From Klebsiella pneumoniae (lineage in GTDB: Bacteria; Desulfobacterota; Binatia; UBA12015): a DNA stretch of 64,000 nt. The position numbers and the translations under genes were made by a program. The stretch spans positions 7,301 to 71,300 of the forward strand of contig CAMBZJ010000003.1 of assembly GCA_945872365.1 (NCBI GenBank), written 5' to 3'. The first letter of the stretch is position 1, and each line of letters opens with the position of its first letter. A model generated the notes under the pieces. The model was not told where the DNA came from and searched no databases. It was given only the letters and a program-made list of their open reading frames with translations. This document shows, in pieces, positions 26,184 through 34,892 of this stretch.

Positions 26184-26214
26184 GGCACGTCCCCGGACCC
26201 GATCGGGACGTGCC
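26184..26214 (-). terminator. Hairpin between the ABC importer and the nuo promoter
   Basis: GGCACGTCCC / GGGACGTGCC perfect 10-bp inverted repeat. Confidence 0.4.
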
Positions 26215-26274
26215 ACGACCCCGCGGGTCCGCCGAGGCGCCCGGGCCCCGGCCCCGCTGCGGTGGGGCCGCCGG

Positions 26275-27078
26275 CTAGTCGCCGCGCAGTCGTTCGCGGA
26301 ACTCCCGGGAGAGCGGCAGAACCACGGTCTGCCCGGTCACGTCGTTGGGGGCGACGTACAACTCGGTCTCGTAGACCGCGCAGAGGCGCGCCCATGTCAG
26401 GACCTCGGCGGCCGAGCCGGCGGCGACGACTTCGCCCCGCGACAGCAGGAGCAGGCGGTCGCAGTACATGGACGCGAGATTCAGGTCGTGGACGACGAGC
26501 CCGACCGCGCGCCCCTCGCGCGCGAGGTCGCGCACCAGGTCGAGCAGCAGCACCGCGTGGCGCAGGTCGAGAAAAGCGGTCGGTTCGTCGAGCAGCAGGA
26601 CCGGGGCCTGCTGCGCGAGGGCGCGTGCGAGGACCACGCGCTGGCGTTCGCCGCCGGAGAGCTGCTCGATCGGACGCTCGGCGAACTCGAGCGTCTCCGT
26701 GCGCCGCATCGCCTCGATCGCCGCCCGATGGTCCTCCGGCCCCTCCCAGCCGAAGGCGCCGGTATGCGGAGCGCGCCCGAGCAGGACGAGGTCGCGCGCC
26801 TCCATCGGGAAGGCGACGTGCGTCTCCTGGGGCACGACCGCGATCCGGCGGCCGCGCTCGCGCGCCGAGATGTCGAGCAGCGGGCGTCCGTCGACGCGAA
26901 CCTCGCCCTCGTCGGGCGAGCGAACCCCCGCGAGCACGCGCAGCAGCGTCGACTTCCCCGATCCGTTGGGGCCGATGATGCCCAGGATCTCCCCGGGAGC
27001 GATCGCTGCGTCGACCCGGCGCAGCGCCTCGCGGAGGCCGTAGCGGACGGTGACGCCGCTCGCCTCGATCGCACTCAA
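26275..27078 (-). CDS. Cobalamin/Fe-siderophore ABC transporter ATP-binding subunit (BtuD/FecE-like)
   Basis: GPNGSGKST, LSGGERQR, LLDEPT and HDLNLA motifs; TTGA overlap with the permease stop. Confidence 0.93.
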   Translation of the reverse strand: MSAIEASGVTVRYGLREALRRVDAAIAPGEILGIIGPNGSGKSTLLRVLAGVRSPDEGEVRVDGRPLLDISARERGRRIAVVPQETHVAFPMEARDLVLLGRAPHTGAFGWEGPEDHRAAIEAMRRTETLEFAERPIEQLSGGERQRVVLARALAQQAPVLLLDEPTAFLDLRHAVLLLDLVRDLAREGRAVGLVVHDLNLASMYCDRLLLLSRGEVVAAGSAAEVLTWARLCAVYETELYVAPNDVTGQTVVLPLSREFRERLRGD

Positions 27079-28133
27079 GAGTCGGCCCACCCCGTCGAGC
27101 GCAGCGCCTGGCGGCGCAGCATCACGAGGAAGAAGGGGCCGCCGCAGAGCGCGGTGACCACGCCCACCGGGAGCTCGGCCGGGGCGAGCAGCGTGCGGGC
27201 GAGGGTGTCGGCGAGCACGAGGAAGGCGGCACCGGCCCACATCGAGCCCGGCAGCAGGAGCCGCTGGTCGCCTCCGACGGCAAGTCGCACCAGGTGGGGA
27301 ACGATCAGACCGACGAAGCCGATCATGCCCGACGAAGGAACCGCCCCGGCCACCAGGAGCGCGACCGCGAGGTAGACGCGACGCCGCGCGCTCGCCACGT
27401 CGACGCCGAGGCTCGCCGCCCCCTCGTCCCCGAGCGAGAGCACGTTCAGGTCGCGGGCGCTCGACGAAAGCAGGAGAAGCCCCGCCGCGAGGGTGATCGC
27501 CGCGAGAGCGCTCCACGCGGCGCCGCGGACCGAGATGGCGCCGATCACCCAGGAGAGAATCCCGCTGCCGCGATCGACGTCGGAGAGCGCGTGCACGAAG
27601 GTGATGAGCGCGGCCGCGAACGAGTTGAACACGACGCCGGTGAGCAGCAGGCTGGTCGGGTTCACCGCACCGGCTGCGCCCGCGACACGCTGCACCAGCG
27701 CTGCCGTCGCGAGGGCACCGGCAAAGGCCGCCGCCGGCACGACCATGAGCGCCCCACGGCCCCCGAAGGCGGCCCCCGCAGCCCCGATCGGCACGAGCAG
27801 GGTTGCGGCGATGCCCGCGAGCGCGGCGCCACCGGAGATGCCGAGGACGTGCGGGCAGGCGAGCGGGTTGCGCAACAAGGCCTGCAGACCTGCTCCGGCG
27901 AGACCGAGCGCGCCGCCGACGAGCGCCGCGAGAAGGATGCGCGGGGCCCGCGCACCGACGAGGATGACGTGCGCGGGGTCGTCGGCCGGGGCCCGCCAGG
28001 CGGCGAGCGGGTCGATGCGCACCGGGCCCACCGAAAGCGCGGCGAGGATCACCGCCACGAGCACCAGCAGGCCGAGCAGGTGCAGGACCGCAGCGCGACC
28101 CGGACCGCGGCGCGCGACTGCCGACGAGTTCAC
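27075..28133 (-). CDS. Cobalamin/Fe-siderophore ABC transporter permease (BtuC/FecCD-like)
   Basis: RAPRILLA, QALLRNPLA, GMIGFVGLIVPH and ELPVGVVTA motifs. Confidence 0.93.
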   Translation of the reverse strand: MNSSAVARRGPGRAAVLHLLGLLVLVAVILAALSVGPVRIDPLAAWRAPADDPAHVILVGARAPRILLAALVGGALGLAGAGLQALLRNPLACPHVLGISGGAALAGIAATLLVPIGAAGAAFGGRGALMVVPAAAFAGALATAALVQRVAGAAGAVNPTSLLLTGVVFNSFAAALITFVHALSDVDRGSGILSWVIGAISVRGAAWSALAAITLAAGLLLLSSSARDLNVLSLGDEGAASLGVDVASARRRVYLAVALLVAGAVPSSGMIGFVGLIVPHLVRLAVGGDQRLLLPGSMWAGAAFLVLADTLARTLLAPAELPVGVVTALCGGPFFLVMLRRQALRSTGWADS

Positions 28134-29245
28134 GGGGCCCCCGCCCCGTGACCGCCGCCCGCTGCGGACGGCACCGCCGCCGTCGACTCCCGGGCCGGGG
28201 GTACAAAAGGAAGCGTGCCTTCCCACACCAGGGTCTCGATCTCGCGGGCCGATTCGCCGAGATGGGGCCCCGGGCGCAGCAGCGAGGCCGACCGGACCGG
28301 GCGGATCCGTTTCTCGCGGACGGCCGGCAGCGATTCGAAGGATTTCCACCAGGCGAACAGGGCCGAACCTCCCTCGGAACCCATCGCGCCGTCGAGGATG
28401 ACGTCGGGCGCGCCGGCCACCACCGCTTCGAGGGACAGTCGGGGCCAGCGCTGGCCCGCCCCTGCGGCGACGTTGGTCGCACCCGTCGCGCGCAGCAACT
28501 CGTCGAGGAACGTTCCCTCGCCGACGACCAGCAGCGGATCGTGTCCGACCACGAAGAGTACGCGACGCGCCCCACGGTGCGCGCTGCGCACGCGCACCTC
28601 CTCGATCTCGCGGCGCAGGCGCTCGACCAGCGTGCGTGCCTCCGGCTCCCTTCCCACCCAGCGGCCGACCTCGATCATCGCGCGCCACGCATCTTCGAGC
28701 GTCGCCTCGCCGACCATCGCGACCGGCACGCCGAGCGTGCGCAGGCGCTCGACGGCGACGCGGTTGCTCGGGGTCGGCACGCCGAGAACGACGCCCGGTC
28801 GCAGGGAGAGGATCGTCTCGACCGAGGGTTCGAGATAACTGCCCGCGCGCGGCAACTCGCGCGCCCCGGGCGGGATCTCGCACTGGTCGGAAACGGCGAC
28901 CAGGCGATCCTCGGCGCCGAGGGCGAAGATCGTCTCCGTGACCGACGGGGCGAGCGAGACGATGCGGCGGGCGCCATCGACCGGGGGAACCGGCTGGTCG
29001 ACGAAAGGCGGCGGGAGCGGCGTGGCGGGAAGCGCCGGGGACCCATCCGCCGCAACCGCCGGCACGGGTGAACCAGCCGGGGGTGCTGCGGGAAGCGTCG
29101 ACGCGGCACCCGTGGAGCCGGCAGACACGACGACCAAGGCGAGCAGAAGTGCCCGGCACGCCCCGCGCCGGTGGATCGTGCCCCCGCCCGGGCCGGGGCG
29201 CGACCTGCACCACGCCCCGGGATCGATGCCCCGTCGGCCCGCCAC
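28130..29245 (-). CDS. Periplasmic cobalamin-binding protein (BtuF-like helical-backbone receptor)
   Basis: RIVSLAPSVTETIFALGA and LLRPGP motifs; Pro-rich linker after a signal-like helix; start uncertain. Confidence 0.85.
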   Translation of the reverse strand: MAGRRGIDPGAWCRSRPGPGGGTIHRRGACRALLLALVVVSAGSTGAASTLPAAPPAGSPVPAVAADGSPALPATPLPPPFVDQPVPPVDGARRIVSLAPSVTETIFALGAEDRLVAVSDQCEIPPGARELPRAGSYLEPSVETILSLRPGVVLGVPTPSNRVAVERLRTLGVPVAMVGEATLEDAWRAMIEVGRWVGREPEARTLVERLRREIEEVRVRSAHRGARRVLFVVGHDPLLVVGEGTFLDELLRATGATNVAAGAGQRWPRLSLEAVVAGAPDVILDGAMGSEGGSALFAWWKSFESLPAVREKRIRPVRSASLLRPGPHLGESAREIETLVWEGTLPFVPPARESTAAVPSAAGGGHGAGAP

Positions 29246-29280
29246 CTCTCGCGGGTACGGTTGCCGGGCGCGGGAAGCAA

Positions 29281-29356
29281 GACGGCCACGCGAGCGCGGC
29301 GGCTTCCCGTGCAGGAAGCCGCCGCCTGGAATCCGCGCCGACCGGTCGTGGCCGTC
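29281..29356 (-). terminator. Nested hairpin downstream of the porin gene
   Basis: Inner 12-bp perfect stem GCGGCGGCTTCC/GGAAGCCGCCGC (29296-29325) enclosed by a 10-bp stem GACGGCCACG/CGTGGCCGTC. Confidence 0.5.
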
Positions 29357-29373
29357 GACGTCGGAACGTTCGC

Positions 29374-30588
29374 TCAGAAGCTCAGGATCACGTCCATGCC
29401 GAAGATGCCCGTGTTCACCGGCAGGCCGGCCGGATTGTTCGCGCTCTCGGTCGAACCGGGCCCCCACTGGTAGCGACCCTCGGGGCGCAGCGTCAGGTTC
29501 GGCAGCGGCTTGATATTGAAGCCCGCGGTGACCTCGTAATAGTCGACCGACTGGTTGCGGTACCACTCCGCCCGGGCCCCCACGCCGAGTTCGTCCATGA
29601 TCGAGTAGAGCAGGTAGTTCGTGATGCCGGCCGTATTGTAGTGGCCGTCGCCGTTGTCGATCTGGGTCAGGTCGCTCAACAGGACGTAGGAAAGGTTCTC
29701 GTACGGCTTGGTGTTGATCACGATGCTGTGGGTGTAGCCCGAACCGATCCAGCCGAGGTCGCCGGCCGTGAGCAGGTAGGTGGCCGACAGCCAGTCCCAG
29801 GGCGCGTAGCTCAGGCCGCCCACGAAGTTGTTGCCGCCCTTGTACTGGTCGAAGCCGGTATCCCAGCCCAGCGTGTAGCCGCCCCACAGCGTGAGTTTCT
29901 CGATGCCGGTGTAGCTCGCGAGAGCACCGGTGTGGGTGAAGGGCTCGCTCAGGTACATGGTCATCGCGTGGCTGAAGAAGAAGTTCCCGGTCGCGGGCAC
30001 GACTTCGTAGCCTAGCGGCGTATAGAAGTGACCACCCTTTACGGAGACGTCCTTGTAGGCCGCTTCGAGGTAGGCCTGTGGAATCGCGAAGCCGTAGATG
30101 CCCTTGGTCATGCGGCCCGAGAAGTCGTACTTGCCGAAGCGGTTGCCGAAGGCCTGCGTGTCCTGAGCGTCGGTGCCGTAGACGAAGTCGACGCGGCCGC
30201 CGAGGTCGAAGCCGTTCTTGCCGTCGACCTTCTTCTCGGCGTAGAGCCAGCTCTGCTGATTGCGGAACCCGTTGGGGTGCTTGTCGAACAGGCCGTCGGA
30301 GTTGGTGTAGGTGCTCTGCTGTACCCATCCCCCGATGTCGTAGAGCGACTCGTCCCCGAACAGCGACTTGCCGAGGTCCCAGCCAGCGCCCTTGTTGCTG
30401 AGCGTCGAGATCACGGGGGCCTCGTAGTAGCCCGGGCCGAGGTTGCGGGACGGAGCGGCCTCCACGGGCGCGGCGCCCGGCTTCTGGTCGACGTCCTCCG
30501 CTTCTTCTGCCGCCCAGCCCAAGGCGGGAAACGCGAGGGCCGCACAGGCCAGCATTCCGATCACTCGTCTCGTCAAGGTCGATCTCAT
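29374..30588 (-). CDS. Outer-membrane beta-barrel porin (DUF1597/BBP2-like)
   Basis: Signal peptide, GHFYTPLGYEVVPATGNFFFSH, EPFTHTG, LRPEGRY and terminal Phe; GGAGG RBS. Confidence 0.85.
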   Translation of the reverse strand: MRSTLTRRVIGMLACAALAFPALGWAAEEAEDVDQKPGAAPVEAAPSRNLGPGYYEAPVISTLSNKGAGWDLGKSLFGDESLYDIGGWVQQSTYTNSDGLFDKHPNGFRNQQSWLYAEKKVDGKNGFDLGGRVDFVYGTDAQDTQAFGNRFGKYDFSGRMTKGIYGFAIPQAYLEAAYKDVSVKGGHFYTPLGYEVVPATGNFFFSHAMTMYLSEPFTHTGALASYTGIEKLTLWGGYTLGWDTGFDQYKGGNNFVGGLSYAPWDWLSATYLLTAGDLGWIGSGYTHSIVINTKPYENLSYVLLSDLTQIDNGDGHYNTAGITNYLLYSIMDELGVGARAEWYRNQSVDYYEVTAGFNIKPLPNLTLRPEGRYQWGPGSTESANNPAGLPVNTGIFGMDVILSF

Positions 30589-30647
30589 GATGGTTTCCTC
30601 CAGGTTCGTCGGCCGCCATGCTGCGCTCGGGGCGCGCAGCCTGACCC

Positions 30648-30663
30648 AGCAACGCACATGCCA
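30648..30663 (-). promoter_or_regulatory. sigma54 (-24/-12) promoter of the porin gene
   Basis: TGGCATGTGCGTTGCT on the minus strand: GG-N10-GC with TTGC. Confidence 0.8.
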
Positions 30664-30722
30664 CCGCGAAGTCGGCCGGATCGGGCGGAAACCCACGCCG
30701 CGATGCCGCCCTTGCGGATGCG

Positions 30723-30739
30723 TGCCTGTTTAGCGGGCA
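30723..30739. promoter_or_regulatory. Putative NtrC-type enhancer (TGC-N11-GCA)
   Basis: TGCCTGTTTAGCGGGCA, ~60 bp upstream of the -24 element. Confidence 0.5.
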
Positions 30740-30855
30740 GCAGTTGCCGCCGGAGTGGGCGGTCCTTCGTCCGGCAGCGGCGCATCCGGCCCCGCGGCAG
30801 GCACCCGCGCCGTTCGGCTCGCCCCGCTGCGCGCGGGCAAGCCCCGCCGCAGCGC

Positions 30856-31542
30856 CTACGACTTACCGGGGGAGCGACGACGGGTCTTCGGCGTCGGCGG
30901 CGCGGCGGCGCGCGGGCGCAGTCGCCGATTGGCCGGCTTGACCTTGGGCTTCGTCCCAGCGACGCCCCGCTCGTCCGGACCGGCCGGCTTCGCCGCAGCG
31001 AGCAGGGACCTCACGCGGCCCCCCAGGATCGCGCCGAGTCCGCCCCGCGCCGCCGACGGCCGAACATCCTCCGCGTCGTTCGGGCCGGTTTCGCCGGGCA
31101 GGAGGGCTGCGAGCGGCGGAAAGGACCCCAGCATCTCGAGCCAGGAGGACGGGGCCGGGGTGTCGCGTCCGGACCTGCCGCCCGGCGCGACGCCGCGAAA
31201 CGCGTCTTCGGCCCACCGGGCCAGTTCGGCGTAGCCGTCGAGCGCACGCTCGGCGATGACCGCGATCTGCCCGCTCCTCTCGGTCGGTGCGCCCGCCTGC
31301 CGCTCCACTTCGGCGATGAGCGCGTCGAGACGGGCGAGATGGCCGCGGAAGACCTCCGGCAGGCGCTCGGGCGACCGGGCCTCCGCCGCGCCGGACGCGA
31401 CCGGTCGACGACGCGCGCGCCGGCCGGTAGCGGGCGCGGCCCCGGTCGCCCGCGCGACGGCGGCAGGAGGCGACGTGTTCTTCGCCCGGGACTTCTCGGG
31501 CTTGCGCCGCCGGGGCGGCGTTTTGCGCCCGTCCTTTGCCAT
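30856..31542 (-). CDS. Hypothetical protein with basic K/R/A/P-rich N- and C-terminal tails
   Basis: MAKDGRKTPPRRRKPEK..., central amphipathic helices; GGAG before the ATG; fills the gap between the ACAD and the porin promoter. Confidence 0.55.
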   Translation of the reverse strand: MAKDGRKTPPRRRKPEKSRAKNTSPPAAVARATGAAPATGRRARRRPVASGAAEARSPERLPEVFRGHLARLDALIAEVERQAGAPTERSGQIAVIAERALDGYAELARWAEDAFRGVAPGGRSGRDTPAPSSWLEMLGSFPPLAALLPGETGPNDAEDVRPSAARGGLGAILGGRVRSLLAAAKPAGPDERGVAGTKPKVKPANRRLRPRAAAPPTPKTRRRSPGKS

Positions 31543-31583
31543 CTCCGCTCCCGATCGGCCCCTACCTGCCCGGCGGCCGCCGG

Positions 31584-32687
31584 TCAGACGGGTGCGTCGA
31601 GAAGTGCTGCCGCGATCTCGCGCAGCGCGGGCGCCTCTGGCGTGTAGCGGACGCACAGGCTCTGCGCCCGTTCGCTGTGGAAGCGCAGGCGGTGCTCGAC
31701 GACGAAACCGGCCCCGCCGTGGAGGTGGTGCGCCGCCCAGCAGATCCGCTTGAACGCCTGTCCGACCCAGGCGACGGCACTCGTCATCTCCATGTCGCGC
31801 TCGCGACCCGAGGCGATCCGGGTGATCGCCTGCCAGGCGAGGTGGCGCGCCGCGGTGTGGGTGGTTCCCATGTCCGCGACCTGATGGCGAACGGCCTGGA
31901 AGATCGCGATCTTCTGGCCGAATTGCTCGCGCTGCTTCACGTACTCGACGGTCATGTCGAGCACCGCGCTCATGCCGCCGGTCATCTCGGCGAGTGCGAG
32001 CGCGGTCTGCACGCGCCACACCCGGTCGAGGACGTCCGCGCCGCCGCGCGCCGACGCGATCTCGCGCACCACCGCCGCGTCCCGGTAGTGGACGTGCGCC
32101 TGGCGGTCGCCCCCGAAGGTCCGCAAGGGCTGCAACGACACGCCGGCCGAGCGGCGGTCCACCACGACGAACACCGGCTGGCTTGCCGCGCGCGAAGCGA
32201 CCAGGTGGAACTCCGCTTCCGCCGCGTCGGGCACGTAGGCCTTGCCGCCGCTCACGATGCGCGCCGCGGGCGATCCGCCGAGGCGCGTCGAGAAGCGCCC
32301 TGGGTCGCGATCCCGGATCTCGTCGATGGCGACCGCGAGGCGGCTCTCGCCGCGCCCGATCGGCCCGAGCAGCGGATCGTCCGGGGCGATGGCCGCGAGC
32401 ACGTTGGCCGAACGGATCGCCCCGAGGAGCGGTCTGGGCAACAGTCCACGCGCGCACTCCTCGACCAGGCTCGCGACGTCCACCAGGTCGGCGCCGCCGC
32501 CGCCCGCGGCAGCCGGGAGTCCGAGGGCGATCCAGCCCAAGTCGGCGACCGTGCGCCCAAGGGCTGGATCGAAACCCGTCGCGTCGGACTCCCAGCGCAG
32601 GAGCTTGTCCGGGTCGACCTCGCGGGAGAGCACCTCGCGCGCGGCGGCCTGGAGTTCGCGCTGCTCCGTTGATGGTTCCGGCCTCAT
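31584..32687 (-). CDS. Acyl-CoA dehydrogenase, non-catalytic-type subunit of a heteromeric pair
   Basis: KQREQFGQKIAIFQAVRHQVADM and HHLHGGAGF; lacks SEP..GSD; ATGA overlap with its partner. Confidence 0.88.
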   Translation of the reverse strand: MRPEPSTEQRELQAAAREVLSREVDPDKLLRWESDATGFDPALGRTVADLGWIALGLPAAAGGGGADLVDVASLVEECARGLLPRPLLGAIRSANVLAAIAPDDPLLGPIGRGESRLAVAIDEIRDRDPGRFSTRLGGSPAARIVSGGKAYVPDAAEAEFHLVASRAASQPVFVVVDRRSAGVSLQPLRTFGGDRQAHVHYRDAAVVREIASARGGADVLDRVWRVQTALALAEMTGGMSAVLDMTVEYVKQREQFGQKIAIFQAVRHQVADMGTTHTAARHLAWQAITRIASGRERDMEMTSAVAWVGQAFKRICWAAHHLHGGAGFVVEHRLRFHSERAQSLCVRYTPEAPALREIAAALLDAPV

Positions 32688-33856
32688 TTGCGCGGCAACC
32701 CGTAGCCGAGGAAGCCGATGATGTCGCGCTGCACCTCGTTCGTGCCTCCGCCGAAGGCGAGCATCGGCGCGATGCGATACAGCCACTGCATGCGTCCCTC
32801 GACGAGCGCGCTCGGCTCCTCGGGGTGCAACTGCCCGTCGAGACCGAGGATCTCGCAACCCGCGTCGGCGATGCGCTGCACCAGCTCGGAGACGAACACC
32901 TTCGCCATCGACGACTCGGCCGCCGGCATCCGCCCCTGCTCGAGCGCCCACGCGGTCTCCAGGCCCAGCATCCGCCCCGCCTCCAGGTCGACCTGCAGTC
33001 GGGCGAGCCGGTCGCGCACCCAGGGTTCGTCCTTCAGCGGACGGCCGTCCACCTCGCGCTCGCGCACCAGCTGCACCAGGTTGCGGAACATGCGTCGGCC
33101 CATGCCGACCGAGCCGATCGCCAGCCGCTCGAAGTTGAGCGCCATCGCCGCGTAGTAGAAGCCGGCACCGCGCTCGCCGACCAGGTAGCTGCGCGGCACG
33201 CGCACGTTGTCGAGGAAGAGTGCGTTGGTGCGCAGCCCCGGCCAGACCCAGATCGGCTGGACGCTCACGCCGGGCGCATCCATCGGCACGATCATCATGG
33301 AGATGCCCTTGTGCTTGGGGGCATCGGGCTCGGTGCGCACGGCGAGCCAGTTGTGGGTCGCCGTGTGGGCCATCGTGTTCCACATCTTCTGCCCGTTGAC
33401 CACCCACTCGTCGCCGTCGAGGACCGCATGGGTGCGCAACGACGCCATGTCGGTGCCGGCCTCAGGCTCGGAGTAGCCGAGTGCGAAGTCGATCTCGCCG
33501 GCGTTGATGCGGGGCAGCCACTCGCGCTTCTGCTGTTCGTCGCCGACGCGCATGATCGTCGGCGCGACCGAGGTGACGGTCAACGGCAGCATCGGCGCCC
33601 CGGCCGATTCGATCTCGTCGATGAAGATCCACTGCTCGACCGCGCTCTTCTCGAGCCCGCCGTACTGCTTCGGCCAGGCGATGCCCCACCAGCCGGCGTC
33701 GCGGAGCGCGCGGTGAAAACGGAGCGCGAGAGGGCCGCGCCCCTCGTTGCCCTTGAGCCGCGTCTCGCTCGCGAGGCCCGGATCGACGTTCTCGCGAATG
33801 AAGGCCCGCACCTCGTCACGCCAGGCCGCTTCACCGACCGTGAGTTCGTAGTCCAT
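32684..33856 (-). CDS. Acyl-CoA dehydrogenase, catalytic-type subunit (FadE26/ChsE4-like)
   Basis: FALGYSEPEAGTDMASLRT, NGQKMW, ALNFER and FGGGTNEVQRDII motifs. Confidence 0.92.
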   Translation of the reverse strand: MDYELTVGEAAWRDEVRAFIRENVDPGLASETRLKGNEGRGPLALRFHRALRDAGWWGIAWPKQYGGLEKSAVEQWIFIDEIESAGAPMLPLTVTSVAPTIMRVGDEQQKREWLPRINAGEIDFALGYSEPEAGTDMASLRTHAVLDGDEWVVNGQKMWNTMAHTATHNWLAVRTEPDAPKHKGISMMIVPMDAPGVSVQPIWVWPGLRTNALFLDNVRVPRSYLVGERGAGFYYAAMALNFERLAIGSVGMGRRMFRNLVQLVREREVDGRPLKDEPWVRDRLARLQVDLEAGRMLGLETAWALEQGRMPAAESSMAKVFVSELVQRIADAGCEILGLDGQLHPEEPSALVEGRMQWLYRIAPMLAFGGGTNEVQRDIIGFLGYGLPRK

Positions 33857-33977
33857 GCGCGCAAGGGTGCCACGGCCTCCGTCGAATGCAAAACCCGCAC
33901 CCGGCCAACCGAGCCGGCGGGGGAGGCAACGGCGGGCGAGCGTTGACGGCCTCTCGACCGTGCACTACGGACACGCG

Positions 33978-34892
33978 GTGGTCGGCGTGCGCCTCGTGAT
34001 CGTCACCGGCAAGGGCGGCGTCGGCAAGACCACGGTGACCGCGGCGCTTGGACGGGCGGCCGCGCGACGCGGCCTGCGCACCCTGCTGGTCGAGATGGCT
34101 TCGCCGGGGCGGCTCGCCCACGTGCTCGCCGCGTCGAAACTCGGCCCCGAGCCGCAGCGCGTCTCGCAACGGCTCGACGCGGTGGCGCTCGACGCCGATC
34201 ATGCACTCTCGGTGTTCGTCCACTCGATCATGCCGCTGCGCGCCCTCTCCGGCGCCCTGCTCGCGAGCGACACCTTCCGCATCGTCGCCGCCGCGGTACC
34301 CGGCATCGCCGAGGCGGCGATGCTGGCGCAGGTGCTCGACTGGCTCGAACCGCGCGGGTTCCGACGCGCGGGCTGGGACCGTATTATCCTCGACGCACCC
34401 GCGAGCGGGCACTCGGCACCACTCTTCGCGACGCCCGGGACCCTCGGCGGGATCGCCTCGGTCGGCCCCCTCGCACAGTCCCTGCAGCGGATCTCGAAGT
34501 GGCTGCACGACCCGGGACGCACGACCGCGATCGTCGTCGCGCTGCCCGAGGCCTGGGCGGTCGCGGAGGCGATCGAACTCCACCAGCGATTGCGCGACGA
34601 GGCCGGGGTGCCGCTCGCGCGCCCGGTCGTGAACGCGGTCTTCCCGCGACGCTTCACGAAGGCGGACGAGGAGCGGCTGCACGAGGCCGGGAGCGACCGT
34701 GTCGGCGCCCCGGGGCCGCTCGCGGCTGCGCGCTACTTCCTGCGGCGACGCGAGGACGAGCAGTCGCAGGTCCTCGCCCTGCGCCGCGGCACCGGCGAAC
34801 CGCCGCTCGAGTTGCCGTTCCTCTTCGACCCCGAGATGCGGCTGGAACACCTCGACCCGATCGCCGACGCCCTCGACGAGGTCCTTCCATGA
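33978..34892 (+). CDS. ArsA/Get3-family ATPase, subunit 1
   Basis: TGKGGVGKTT, AVPGIAE, DAPASGH and VVNAV motifs; start approximate. Confidence 0.85.
   Translation: MVGVRLVIVTGKGGVGKTTVTAALGRAAARRGLRTLLVEMASPGRLAHVLAASKLGPEPQRVSQRLDAVALDADHALSVFVHSIMPLRALSGALLASDTFRIVAAAVPGIAEAAMLAQVLDWLEPRGFRRAGWDRIILDAPASGHSAPLFATPGTLGGIASVGPLAQSLQRISKWLHDPGRTTAIVVALPEAWAVAEAIELHQRLRDEAGVPLARPVVNAVFPRRFTKADEERLHEAGSDRVGAPGPLAAARYFLRRREDEQSQVLALRRGTGEPPLELPFLFDPEMRLEHLDPIADALDEVLP

Noticed and set aside
29246..29373. Cobalamin riboswitch upstream of the btuF-like gene
   Set aside because: GGGAAG is present but without the GCCACTG/B12-box architecture; better explained as a terminator-like hairpin.
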